Part shown: piece by piece, positions 1-10,121 of the stretch
Layout: every line of letters starts with the position of its first letter
Position numbering within the stretch: the stretch's first letter is position 1
Assembly (NCBI GenBank): GCA_965200155.1
Contig: CBDATR010000010.1
Span: forward strand, 256,001 to 320,000
DNA: 64,000 nt
Source: Nitrosopumilaceae archaeon
GTDB taxonomy: Archaea; Thermoproteota; Nitrososphaeria; Nitrososphaerales; Nitrosopumilaceae
Reading direction: 5' to 3'
Made by a program: the position numbers and the translations under genes
The notes under the pieces: generated by a model
Seen by the model: the letters and a program-made list of their open reading frames with translations, nothing else
The model's database searches: none
Told to the model about the DNA's origin: nothing

Positions 1-1320
1 ATAATCGTGGATGGCTATCGCAAGGCTGCCAAGCAGGCCAGTGCATTTTTGGCAGAGATAGCAGAGACCACATTTGCAGACGACCGGGAAATTCTCAAGA
101 AGGTAGCGCGTACAGCTATGCAAACCAAGCTGGTCCGTAATGATTCGGATCATCTATCCGAAATAGTGGTGGACGCCGTACTTGCTGTAGCAGAAAAGGA
201 CGGCGAAAGTTATGATGTTGACATAGATGACATAAAAGTTGACAAGAAAGCAGGCGGTTCCATAAAGGATTCCGAGATTGTACGGGGCATGATTTTGGAC
301 AAAGAGATAGTTCACGGAGGCATGCCGCGTGAAATATCAGATGCAAAGATAGCTCTCATAAATTCGGCACTGGAAATAAACAAGACCGAAACAGATGCAA
401 AGATAAACATCTCCAACCCCCAACAACTGAAGGTATTCTTAGATGAAGAGAACCGTATGCTCAAATCCATGGTCGACAAGATAATTGCCAGTGGAGTCAA
501 TGTTGTACTATGCCAGAAAGGAATAGACGATATGGCGCAGCACTACTTGGCAAAAGCCGGAATTATGGCTGTACGTCGTATTAAGGAGAGTGATTTGTCA
601 AAATTGGCCAGAGCTACAGGAACAAAGATTGTGACAAATCTAGACGATCTTGCAGACATGCAGCTTGGCTCGGCAGAGGTAGTCGAAGAGCAAAAGATAG
701 AAGAAGACAAGTGGGTGTTTATACGCGGGTGTAAGAATCCCAAATCTGTCAGTGTTCTGGTGCGTGGAGGTTCTCAGCGAGTTGTGGACGAGGTAGAGCG
801 TTCCATTCATGACTCTTTGATGGTTGTACGAGACGTAATGCTCAAGCCATCAATTGTTGCCGGCGGTGGCGCTCCAGAGACATATGCTGCCACAGGTCTA
901 CGAAACTGGGCCAATTCCCTAGATGGCAGGGAGCAGTTGGCCGCAGAAAAGTTTGCCGACAGTATGGAATCAATACCACTAGCCTTGGCTGAAAATGCAG
1001 GTATGGATCCCATTGATACTTTAGCAACACTTCGAGCTCGACAATTAAGAGGCGAGCGATGGACCGGAATTGATGTTATGCCGGGTAATGTTGCAGATAT
1101 GAAGAATAGTGAGATTATTGAACCACTTTCGGTAAAGCTCCAAGTAGTGATGGCCGCATCCGAAGCGGCATGTATGTTGCTACGTATAGATGATGTCATC
1201 ACCACCGCAAAGTCTGCCGGACCTCCCCCAGGTGGCGAGGGCGGAATGGACGAGATGGGTGGCATGCCCGGCATGGGTGGTATGGGCGGAATGGGTGGCA
1301 TGCCCGGCATGGGAATGTAA
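1..1320 (+). CDS. Thermosome (group II chaperonin) subunit, 5'-truncated by window edge
   Basis: ORF 7..1320 with CQKGIDD, VRRIKESD, AGGGAPE, LAENAG, LRIDDVI motifs and a GGM-rich C-terminal tail. Confidence 0.97.
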   Translation: MIVDGYRKAAKQASAFLAEIAETTFADDREILKKVARTAMQTKLVRNDSDHLSEIVVDAVLAVAEKDGESYDVDIDDIKVDKKAGGSIKDSEIVRGMILDKEIVHGGMPREISDAKIALINSALEINKTETDAKINISNPQQLKVFLDEENRMLKSMVDKIIASGVNVVLCQKGIDDMAQHYLAKAGIMAVRRIKESDLSKLARATGTKIVTNLDDLADMQLGSAEVVEEQKIEEDKWVFIRGCKNPKSVSVLVRGGSQRVVDEVERSIHDSLMVVRDVMLKPSIVAGGGAPETYAATGLRNWANSLDGREQLAAEKFADSMESIPLALAENAGMDPIDTLATLRARQLRGERWTGIDVMPGNVADMKNSEIIEPLSVKLQVVMAASEAACMLLRIDDVITTAKSAGPPPGGEGGMDEMGGMPGMGGMGGMGGMPGMGM

Positions 1321-1524
1321 TCTTTAATCTAATAGTAGTACACTAGTTCATATTTACGCGTATATAGATGGCAAGTTAATTATGCACACTTTATATACAT
1401 AGTTACCAATCTCGTATTCAAATTGTACCATTGTCACGCCGTGACAGAAAGGGTTCACAAAATACAGGTGGATTGCCAGTAGTTGAATGAATCATATTGC
1501 CAACTCTACATGAGGAGATCTAAT

Positions 1525-1616
1525 GTATAAGTTCACCTGTGTCTAAATTTACGCACAACTGATCGCGACAGTTAATGTGATTTGTGCACAAGATTCCGGA
1601 AGACGTGAACTCATAC
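1525..1616 (+). mobile_element. 92-bp IS66-derived MITE (MITE-1)
   Basis: TIR GTATRAGTTCAC...GTGAACTCATAC; 8-bp TSD GATCTAAT. Confidence 0.95.
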
Positions 1617-1630
1617 GATCTAATTACTGC

Positions 1631-1763
1631 GCAACCGTTTAGGTCACGTAAAGATCAAACATCTAGACGATAAATCCATGGACATATGATGATAGAAAAG
1701 GCGAGTATGAACATACTCACGGTGTATTTTAAGCGGTTGTTCAAGGATGATCTAAACAGTTAC
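1631..1763. mobile_element. ~133-bp MITE-2 (GTAACCGTTTAGGTC termini), decayed copy
   Basis: gcaaccgtttaggtca...tgatctaaacagttac; homologous to 13873-14114 and 18820-19061. Confidence 0.8.
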
Positions 1764-1769
1764 AATTAT

Positions 1770-1870
1770 GTATGAGTTCACGTCTTCCGGAATCTTATGC
1801 ACAAATCACATTAACTAGAACAACCTGTTCCATCAGTTATGCGTAAATTTAGACACAGGTGAACTCACAC
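1770..1870 (-). mobile_element. MITE-1, 101-bp variant
   Basis: TIRs plus TSD ACAATTAT; central loop replaced by a longer sequence. Confidence 0.93.
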
Positions 1871-1918
1871 ACAATTATTGGACCACCAAGGAATATATAA
1901 AAAGACACCAAGAAGGGC

Positions 1919-2809
1919 GTGATGATGATAAGCCCCGCATACGATGCGCCGTTATATCGCCCCCCATCTGAGGGCAAATCATTAATATTTCAAGTCACGT
2001 TGGGCTGCTCCTTTAACGAGTGCTCATTTTGTGACATGTATCGTTCCAAAGAATACTCGGAAAGGCCATGGAATCAGATAAAGTCGGAGATAGATCTTAT
2101 GGGGAAGCACCTGCCAAATACGCGCAGAATATTCCTAGCCGATGGGGATGCGATGAATCTAGATACTCAGTATATCATCAAAATAATTACTCATTTAAAA
2201 GAGAAATTTCCCCATCTAGACAGAATATCCTGCTACGCCATGCCCATGAACCTGCTTAAAAAAACACCACAGGAGTTGTCCGATATGCACAAGGCAGGAT
2301 TAGATATGCTATATCTAGGCATAGAAAGTGGATCAGATACCGTTCTCAAAAAGGTCACAAAAGGCGCGCTGGGATCAACCATAATCAAAGCAGTCAACAA
2401 GGCCAAAGCTGCGGGTTACAAAATGTCGTGCATGGTAATAATAGGACTAGGCGGTAAGAAATACTCACAAGAACACATATCAGACACTGCCAAGGTGATT
2501 AATTCCTGCTCACCCAATTATCTAGGTGCTTTAACACTATACCTGGAAAATGGTATAAAACAGGAATTTATCGATAAGTATGAGGGTAACTTTAAGCGAC
2601 TTAATGATGCAGAAACCCTAGAAGAATTAGGCCGGTTAATATCTCAGATCGAGGTTCAGGACGACATGGTTTTTCGCGCAAATCATGGTTCTAATGCATA
2701 TACCATAAAGGGAACATTCCCTCATGACAAGGAAGAGATGTTGCAACAGATAGAATGGTTTAAAGATCATCCGGAGACAGCTAGGCCACAGGGATTGCGC
2801 GGATTTTAG
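1919..2809 (+). CDS. Radical SAM protein
   Basis: CSFNECSFC (CxxxCxxC), FLADGDA, LGIESG motifs. Confidence 0.9.
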   Translation: MMMISPAYDAPLYRPPSEGKSLIFQVTLGCSFNECSFCDMYRSKEYSERPWNQIKSEIDLMGKHLPNTRRIFLADGDAMNLDTQYIIKIITHLKEKFPHLDRISCYAMPMNLLKKTPQELSDMHKAGLDMLYLGIESGSDTVLKKVTKGALGSTIIKAVNKAKAAGYKMSCMVIIGLGGKKYSQEHISDTAKVINSCSPNYLGALTLYLENGIKQEFIDKYEGNFKRLNDAETLEELGRLISQIEVQDDMVFRANHGSNAYTIKGTFPHDKEEMLQQIEWFKDHPETARPQGLRGF

Positions 2810-2813
2810 TCAT

Positions 2814-3245
2814 TTATACGCACTCATTAGATATGTCTTGGCAATCGCCACCCAAGTTATAGACAACCTTGTATATGACCACTTGATAGATGCCGTCGAA
2901 TATACGGGTCACCACACCGTCACTTACATCCAAAGCTCTAAACCGGTACTCATATTCGCCGCCGTCCAGAACATTCACCTGGGCAAAATGAACTGGATGC
3001 TCATGTTGAAAAATTTGTATTATTACGGGATAACCGCTTGCTGGATTTTCTACTGTTCCACGTATGTAACCCCAAGGGAAGGGGTTATCAGATGGAACAT
3101 CTAAGGTGATTGTGGTTTTTTGTAACATAATGGTATCACTTATTGGAATATATTGATTCATGGTTTCTCCAGCGGCCAAGGGCACGAATGCAAAGACCAC
3201 CATTACTACTGAAAGGGCTGCAACAGAGAAGTGGCGTAGTTTCAT
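2814..3245 (-). CDS. Hypothetical exported protein
   Basis: 143-aa ORF with an N-terminal signal peptide-like hydrophobic stretch. Confidence 0.7.
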   Translation of the reverse strand: MKLRHFSVAALSVVMVVFAFVPLAAGETMNQYIPISDTIMLQKTTITLDVPSDNPFPWGYIRGTVENPASGYPVIIQIFQHEHPVHFAQVNVLDGGEYEYRFRALDVSDGVVTRIFDGIYQVVIYKVVYNLGGDCQDISNECV

Positions 3246-3437
3246 AATACAAAATATATGTACAAACTAATAGACCTTATGCGCATGATTGACAGTAACA
3301 TCCCATATTGCTTCAAACTGGGGTGTATTTTATGGCACACAATCAGGCAAGCATGAACAAACCAATGTTAATGGCACCTACCAGCACTAACGTATGCCGT
3401 GTAGTGAGGGGACCGGATCTTGATGACGTATATCATG

Positions 3438-4398
3438 GTATGAGTCACGTGTTTTGATCACATAATAAGATAGAATGCATCCCAGTTTTTTAATTATAAT
3501 TGCATTCTGGCAGCAACCTCGTTCATTACAGAAATGCCCTGAGCCCTCCATGTCTGAACACATATGGACATTCTGCGCATGACCCTTTCACCACCCTTTA
3601 TCTGGCCACTAATTTTGCGGAATACCACTGCGTATCAGAACCGGTTCCACTGCTCCGCTGGATTGTTGGTGGGCTCCACACCGTCATATTCTAAGAATAC
3701 GAACATGCCTGGTATGGCCTTATTCAATCCTTTTACCTTCTTTTGCAGTTCAGTATCAACATCACAGTACTGATGCATCTGCTCCTGTCTCAAATGAGTG
3801 TCGTAATTGCGCGGACGGCCCGCAGCGATTCACGTGCGCTCCGGAACAATTCTTTCAAATCGTTGTCAAGTTTGATCCGGGCGTCCTGATCACCGGGATC
3901 GATATAGAATCCTGCATGTAATATACTGGTATCGCGCAATAAATGCGCCCAACACAACTGGTGCTTCCCACCGTCATCAAACCGGCGATACACAACGTAC
4001 CTGTCTGTAACTATCGCGCCCTGGTAACCGTTCAGGTATTTGTCCACTACATATGAACTCCTACTTTTGTATATCATCCACTCTTCGGCCCGCATCCCCC
4101 ATATCCAACCACGCTTACCCGCCAGTGATATACCAGTTTCGTCCACATGAATGCTGGGTGATTTTATTATATTCTCATAAATTGTTTCCATAAATGATTC
4201 GCATGCATCGGCGGCCCTGGCAATTATGTTGTTTACCGCACCCACCGATATATTCAGGCCGAAGAGATCCCTCGAAATTACAGGTACGCGTTTTATTGGA
4301 ATCTTTTCCGTACGTAACGCAGTGATGGCACCACATCTCAAAACCACCACTCTCTGGGACGTCCGCTGCTGGGGCCAGTTGTTTTTTGCCGCACATGC
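3438..4398 (-). pseudogene. Truncated, frameshifted IS66 transposase (3' half and right end)
   Basis: Closely similar to the 3' half of the element at 10122-11815, with indels; HVDETG, TDRY, QLCWAHLLR motifs; TIR at 3438. Confidence 0.92.
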
Positions 4399-4490
4399 GT
4401 ATGAGTTCACCTGTGTCTAAATTTACGCATAACTGATCGCGACAGTTAATGTGATTTGTGCATAAGATTCCAGAAGACGTGAACTCATAC
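4399..4490 (+). mobile_element. MITE-1 without TSD (deletion junction)
   Basis: Full 92-bp copy; flanks GCACATGC / TAACTTTT do not match. Confidence 0.93.
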
Positions 4491-4642
4491 TAACTTTTCT
4501 GTTTCACACGAGTCTGTGTGGGAAAACCCATGATACTAGGTCAATTGTTCGTATCTAACAACTTGGTTTAGACGTGCAGGGCGGGAGAAGTGATTCTGCG
4601 CTTATGATCTAGTAATAGAGTGTTCAACAAGACTTGCCAAGT

Positions 4643-5197
4643 TTATGCTACATCAAGGGAGCGACGGTGTAGCATTTCCCGTACACTAGCCTTTGCCTCC
4701 TGACTTGTGAATGAGCCCCTATATGCCACGGAATCCATCTTGGCATGATTACGAACGCCGCGCATCTTCATACATAAATGCTCGGCATCAATAAAGACAG
4801 CCACCCCTTTGATTCCTCTAGAATATAGCTCATCAGCAATATTCTTTGTTAATCGCTCCTGTATTTGAAGGCGTTTAGAATACTTTTCTACAACCCGCAC
4901 TAGTTTCGATACACCAAAGACCCTACCATTGGGGGAATACGCAATCTGAATCTTACCAAAGAACGGAAGCATGTGATGTTCACACATGGAATAGAACGAA
5001 ATATCACGCACCATGACCACATCAGAGTCCTCACTAAATTGTACATCCAGCTCCGAGGAGGAGTCATATCCAGAGAAGATCTCCTTATACATATTGGCCA
5101 TACGCCGCGGAGTATCACGCAATCCTTCTCTAGTGGGATCTTCGCCTAGCTCTATTATTAACTCTCGAATAAGTTTTTGTACTCTTTGATCGTCCAT
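4643..5197 (-). CDS. folE: GTP cyclohydrolase I
   Basis: GEDPTREGL, SMCEHHMLPF, LQIQERLT, AEHLCMKMRG motifs. Confidence 0.97.
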   Translation of the reverse strand: MDDQRVQKLIRELIIELGEDPTREGLRDTPRRMANMYKEIFSGYDSSSELDVQFSEDSDVVMVRDISFYSMCEHHMLPFFGKIQIAYSPNGRVFGVSKLVRVVEKYSKRLQIQERLTKNIADELYSRGIKGVAVFIDAEHLCMKMRGVRNHAKMDSVAYRGSFTSQEAKASVREMLHRRSLDVA

Positions 5198-5590
5198 ATT
5201 ATCAAGAGATAGATTGGCTTATTTGAATTGTGCGCATGTTATGCAAATTGAGCATACATTCTTGGTACACATATAAATTTTATTATTTGTGTTTAGTGCA
5301 ACAATGTTGGTTAAAAATATTGGTCCTGTGTAAATTATTAAACAATTACACATGAGGTAGTTTGTTGCATAACTCCAAACAAGTTAGATCAAAAATGTAT
5401 GTAAAAACGGTTTGAGTATTTTCGTTTATTCTGTCAGTGATTACTAACTTGGATCCAAGCATTAACATCTGAGATTTTTTAAACAAACTTTATGGTATTC
5501 ACCGACAATGCCAAGTACGTCCAGCGGAAGGCTATTTAGCTTTGATCATGCGTGGAATTGAAAAGGCCAACCATAACAAGGAGGGTGCTC

Positions 5591-5682
5591 GTATGAGTTC
5601 ACCTGTGTCTAAATTTACGCATAACTGATCGCGACAGTTAATGTGATTTGTGCATAAGATTCCGGAAGACGTGAACTCATAC
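5591..5682 (+). mobile_element. MITE-1
   Basis: TIRs; TSD GGGTGCTC. Confidence 0.96.
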
Positions 5683-6124
5683 GGGTGCTCCCTACCGGTA
5701 TGCTGTGGGCATGTTACATGACACTGAGAACGACATTAGGTATGAGATACAGGCAGGTATCCGTTCCTTGCAGGACTACTGGAAGGGCACCAAACCCCGT
5801 ACCACTCCACAATATACAGACGCGGAAAAGATCTTGACAACGACAAGGAGAATGGCACGATTGTCGGCACAGACAAAAAGCTGACGAGTGCCAATGATTG
5901 TTGACTCGACCGGCCTTGAAAAGTGCAGTCGCGGTGAGTGGATTAGGGCCAAATGGAAAAAGAGACGCGGATTCATCAGTGCTCGCGGACTAGGAGAGCA
6001 TATGCATTTACGGTTACCGGCGAGTGGGTTGGGAATACGCGCATGTTAATCAATGCAGTACTGGGCTCGTATGCAGAAGAGCCACAACTGGACAGGAAGC
6101 ACACCGGGAATTGGAAAGTTCCGG

Positions 6125-6216
6125 GTATGAGTTCACGTCTTCCGGAATCTTATACACAAATCACATTAACTGTCGCGATCAGTTATGCGTAAATTTAGAC
6201 ACAGGTGAACTCATAC
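6125..6216 (-). mobile_element. MITE-1
   Basis: TIRs; TSD AGTTCCGG. Confidence 0.96.
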
Positions 6217-6392
6217 AGTTCCGGACCCATTGCAACAGTTGCCATCTCTGGCAGGACCAACAGATAAGCCACCACCCGGAAACGCGCTGACTAACGGTGT
6301 GTCCCCCTTTACCGAATAATGATGACAAGCGCGCATTTAATCTGGAATTACTTGCTGATGGCGCATACACGTCCAGGGATAACATGAAATTG

Positions 6393-6484
6393 GTATGAGT
6401 TCACCTGTGTCTAAATTTACGCATAACTGATCGCGACAGTTAATGTGATTTGTGCACAAGATTCCGGAAGACGTGAACTCATAC
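6393..6484 (+). mobile_element. MITE-1
   Basis: TIRs; TSD TGAAATTG. Confidence 0.96.
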
Positions 6485-7280
6485 TGAAATTGTGCAGTGA
6501 TAATCGAATCCGGACAACCATTCCACTTCAGCTAAATTCCACCAAAGGAAAGGCGACTCATGTGGACTTGCAGTCTTGGAGGAAGCCCGGAATCTCCCAT
6601 TTTCCGCTTTTCTGATGAGGAAAAGATCGAAAACAAGCAGTACTGGAAGGCGGCAAAAGGGTATAACAGGCGATGGATAATCGAGATAATCATAGAGCCG
6701 GTTCCCGTTCAAACGATTATTCGGGCACGGATTAATGGCGCGGAAATGGGATAACATACGAGTACAACGAGTGGGTGGACGCGGCAGCGACGTAGATCAC
6801 GACATGGGAAACCTGTATTCTGTCAAAGTCAGTTATGCAACAAACTCGCATGAGGGAAAAGACTAACACATTCTGCGTCGTGTGTATTCTACATAAGAGC
6901 AGAGAATAATATTAGACAGATTAAAGAGTAGATGTGTTAATCAGCACATACCAGACAGCACCATTTCTGCCCCATAATAGACTTTGAGATAGATCCGGAA
7001 GCTCACGAAAATGTTGAATTTTGTGTGATTTAGTTGAATATTCTTTATAGTTCAGGAAATCCACGATTGAAGTAGATTTTATATTTGGATGTTTTGTTGG
7101 ACTGTTTGTATATGCGCATAAATTATATAATCTTATGTATATGTTGTATGAAAGCTTCATAAACTGGATACAGCCGTGACTGCGACAAAGACTACAGCAA
7201 AGTGAGCTTAAGATAGCCATAGATGCTTATTCATGTAGACATAAACTCATACTGGGAAATCTTACAGAATGAGAAGCGAA

Positions 7281-8000
7281 TTAACTGTCAGGATTCTCTA
7301 CTTGTGTATTGGACTGTGACTCGTCATTGTCCGATGTAGTCTTGGCAGAGTTTTTGTATGTCTCAATAAATCTAACCGCGCTCAGTGTAGGTATGAATCC
7401 AAATAGCGACATCTGAAGTAGGTGCTTCTTGTTCTGTAACTTTGGATCTTGAGAAGATGAGGAAAGTATTTTCACCTCCAAGACATCATCCTTAAGCACA
7501 TATTCCTTATCGGCTATACCTGCCTCACCAAGTATTGCATCTATCTTTTCAGCAGTATCTTCTAGACTCTTTATTACAGTATAATCATATTGGATTGTCT
7601 TGCCTGCATATCTGTGGTTAAAGTCGACCTGCACCCTGCCGGAGCTCATAAATCGGACCTCACCCTTCTTTCCATCCACAGTTATTATATCACCCACCGT
7701 TACTTTATCGGCATCATCGCCTAATTTCCTATAGTTTAGCATCTTAATTAGATGCCTGCTGCGTACACCAAAGGCTTGTTCGGGCGAGACATCCACAGTA
7801 TTGCTTTGGCCAACATCCGAAGATTCTAGCGCCACATCAAACCCACTTAGTACCGGATATGTAACATTACCAATGGAGACCAATTTAGGAGCGGACACCT
7901 GCTCCTCATCCTCAGAATAAGTACTCTCTACTATGTCATCAGTATCTTTTATTTTAGCAGTGTAATCTACCAATACAAGACTGTTTTTAGGAAAAGTCAT
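7281..8000 (-). CDS. FKBP-type peptidyl-prolyl isomerase (archaeal long type, SlyD-like)
   Basis: LVDYTAKI, SPEQAFG, GRVQVDFNHRYAGKT motifs. Confidence 0.92.
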   Translation of the reverse strand: MTFPKNSLVLVDYTAKIKDTDDIVESTYSEDEEQVSAPKLVSIGNVTYPVLSGFDVALESSDVGQSNTVDVSPEQAFGVRSRHLIKMLNYRKLGDDADKVTVGDIITVDGKKGEVRFMSSGRVQVDFNHRYAGKTIQYDYTVIKSLEDTAEKIDAILGEAGIADKEYVLKDDVLEVKILSSSSQDPKLQNKKHLLQMSLFGFIPTLSAVRFIETYKNSAKTTSDNDESQSNTQVENPDS

Positions 8001-8226
8001 CAGGTTAAGTCTTTTATGCTCCCAATATTAAGTTAAAGTGTATACCTAAAGTAACCTCCAAGTCTCACAGATTGAGTTACACATTCACGTCATAAAATAT
8101 ACACTAGGCTCTGTAACATTAAGCATTGAGTCTGTTCCCAAGACATGTCGAATGGTCCCCTCACATGTGGTACCGCCTAGCCGTACAAGTAGCCTGCTGA
8201 CTGGGGGGAACAAGACCAAAGAAAAC

Positions 8227-8318
8227 GTATGAGTTCACCTGTGTCTAAATTTACGCATAACTGATCGCGACAGTTAATGTGATTTGTACATAAGATTACA
8301 GAAGACGTGAACTCATAC
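8227..8318 (+). mobile_element. MITE-1
   Basis: TIRs; TSD AAGAAAAC. Confidence 0.95.
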
Positions 8319-8381
8319 AAGAAAACATTATTGTGACTTTGGGCACCTAAACGACTACATGGTACGAATTCTCAGGTTACT

Positions 8382-9906
8382 AGACCGTATGCGCAGAATC
8401 ACTTCTCCCACCCTGCACGTCTAAACCAAGTTGTTAGATACGAACAATTGACCTAGTATCATGGGTTTTCCCACAGACTCGTGTGAAACAGAAAAGTTAA
8501 GACCTAATTTTGTAATACCAGGTATGCTAAAAGCAGAAGAACTCACCAGGGAGCAGTTAGTCACAGAGTACTACCGGCTACGCACCGAGTCTGAGGCCGA
8601 AGTAACAAACCTGCGTGGCAAAAATGACAGTCTGCACGCCAAACTTGAAGCTCAAACAAAGAATGCCCTCGTTTCAAATCTTGATGACATCATAGAACGC
8701 AAGGATCAGCTTCATTCCCTGACCGGATGCACCCCGGAAGAGTTCAAATGGATACTAACCAGATTCACAGAATACGTAGAGTCCCTGGAAGGCGATGATG
8801 CACGGCGATTCTTAGAACTTACAAATGATCGCGGGCACGTGAACAAATTTCCGGTCAGGCATGTACTCTTAGTTACACTGATACGCCTGCGCTGCAACAC
8901 AAAGCAGGAGCTGCTGGCAGCAATACTCAAGATAAACCAGTCAAACATATGCCGTTACATCCAGTTTACAAAGCAGGGACTGATCAAGATACTCCCAACG
9001 GCCGATACCGTTGCAAAAGCAATATCACAAATCAAGTCAGCATCGGACTTTAAGGAAATTGTTCCCGGTCGAGCCGGAGGGGAGATAAAGACTGACGGGA
9101 CACATGTACGCGTACAACGTCCTGAAAAAAATCAGGAGGCAATGTACTCTGGTAAACAAAAAACCCACACGTATAACGTACAGATAACATCAAACAAGAA
9201 AAGACTGATAATTCACGTAAGTGGAGTATATGAGGGAAAAAGACACGATTATGGTATATTCAAGAATGATATTCCCCTCGGTGGTAAATGGGGCAAGTCC
9301 CTAAAAGAATCAACCACGCTGCCATCTGAGAATATAACAGTAATAGCAGATGCAGGATACCAGGGTATGAAAGACTTCCTACCCGGCGCAAAGGTCATAA
9401 TTCCATACAGGGGTAGGGAATCACTCACTAAAACTGAAAGGAAATACAACCAATATGTATCAAAAAGGCGCATATTAATCGAGAATGTAATTCGAATGCT
9501 AAAGGTATATCGTAGATTAAGTCAGGTATATGATGGTAGTCGTGAGGAATTCCGGGAAGATCTACTCGTAGTATCCGGGTTGCATAATTTACACATTATG
9601 CACAAGCATACCAGGTACAAGAAATTCTTGAAAAATATCTGTCCATAATTTCCGTGATATTATAATTCGAATATTACTCATCAGAAAATCCACTAAATTA
9701 ATGGGTTTTGTGGTAACCATTTAGCTCACTCATGATATACGTCATCAAGATCCGGTCACCCCACTACACGACATTTGTAATCACGGCATACGTTAGTGCT
9801 GGCAGGTGCCATTAACATTGTTCATGCTTGACTGATTGTGTGCCATAAAATACACCCCAGTTTGAAGCAACATGGGCTATTCCTGTCAATCATGCGCATA
9901 AGGTCT
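8382..9906 (+). mobile_element. IS5-family (ISL2/Harbinger-like) insertion sequence, apparently intact
   Basis: TIR AGACCGTATGCGCA...TGCGCATAAGGTCT; 3-bp TSD ACT. Confidence 0.9.
8461..9648 (+). CDS. DDE transposase (HTH plus DDE_Tnp_4-like); start may be 8524
   Basis: DGTHVRVQRP, YSGKQKTHT, ADAGYQG, RILIENVI motifs. Confidence 0.92.
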   Translation: MGFPTDSCETEKLRPNFVIPGMLKAEELTREQLVTEYYRLRTESEAEVTNLRGKNDSLHAKLEAQTKNALVSNLDDIIERKDQLHSLTGCTPEEFKWILTRFTEYVESLEGDDARRFLELTNDRGHVNKFPVRHVLLVTLIRLRCNTKQELLAAILKINQSNICRYIQFTKQGLIKILPTADTVAKAISQIKSASDFKEIVPGRAGGEIKTDGTHVRVQRPEKNQEAMYSGKQKTHTYNVQITSNKKRLIIHVSGVYEGKRHDYGIFKNDIPLGGKWGKSLKESTTLPSENITVIADAGYQGMKDFLPGAKVIIPYRGRESLTKTERKYNQYVSKRRILIENVIRMLKVYRRLSQVYDGSREEFREDLLVVSGLHNLHIMHKHTRYKKFLKNICP

Positions 9907-10121
9907 ACTGATTGCAATCAAAATATGATAAAATATGCAAAATCCATGCTGTTAATTCTGAGATGAGTGATATACAACCCCTCACAGGCGCTATTAGTAA
10001 CATGATCAGCCAGATAGCTCCAAAATGGCACATTCATAACTAATCTTATAAACAAAATATGTATAAATTCACGTATTTGCTAATCCCGCGTTACTATCTG
10101 CCCGTGCGTAAATGTGGGTTC

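Larger units (their letters stand above)
3272..4610 (-). mobile_element. Deleted copy of the IS5-family element, with a nested IS66 relic and MITE-1
   Basis: 3272-3437 and 4491-4610 are reverse complements of the two ends of the element at 8382-9906; flanks AAT/AGT. Confidence 0.88.
5359..6846 (+). pseudogene. Decayed IS5-family (IS903-like group) element interrupted by three MITE-1 copies
   Basis: TIR AGTTTGTTGCATAACT...AGTTATGCAACAAACT; flanks cacatgagg/cgcatgagg; transposase fragments VDSTG..RGEWIRAKW, ADGAY, YWKAAKGYNRRWIIE. Confidence 0.82.

Noticed and set aside
116-1310. Antisense and alternative-frame ORFs over thermosome and other housekeeping genes throughout the window
   Set aside because: Shadow ORFs of well-supported genes.
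1240-1317. Short tandem repeats
   Set aside because: They encode the normal GGM tail of the chaperonin.
6921-7220. 99-aa ORF in an AT-rich gap
   Set aside because: No recognisable motifs; probably decayed non-coding DNA.
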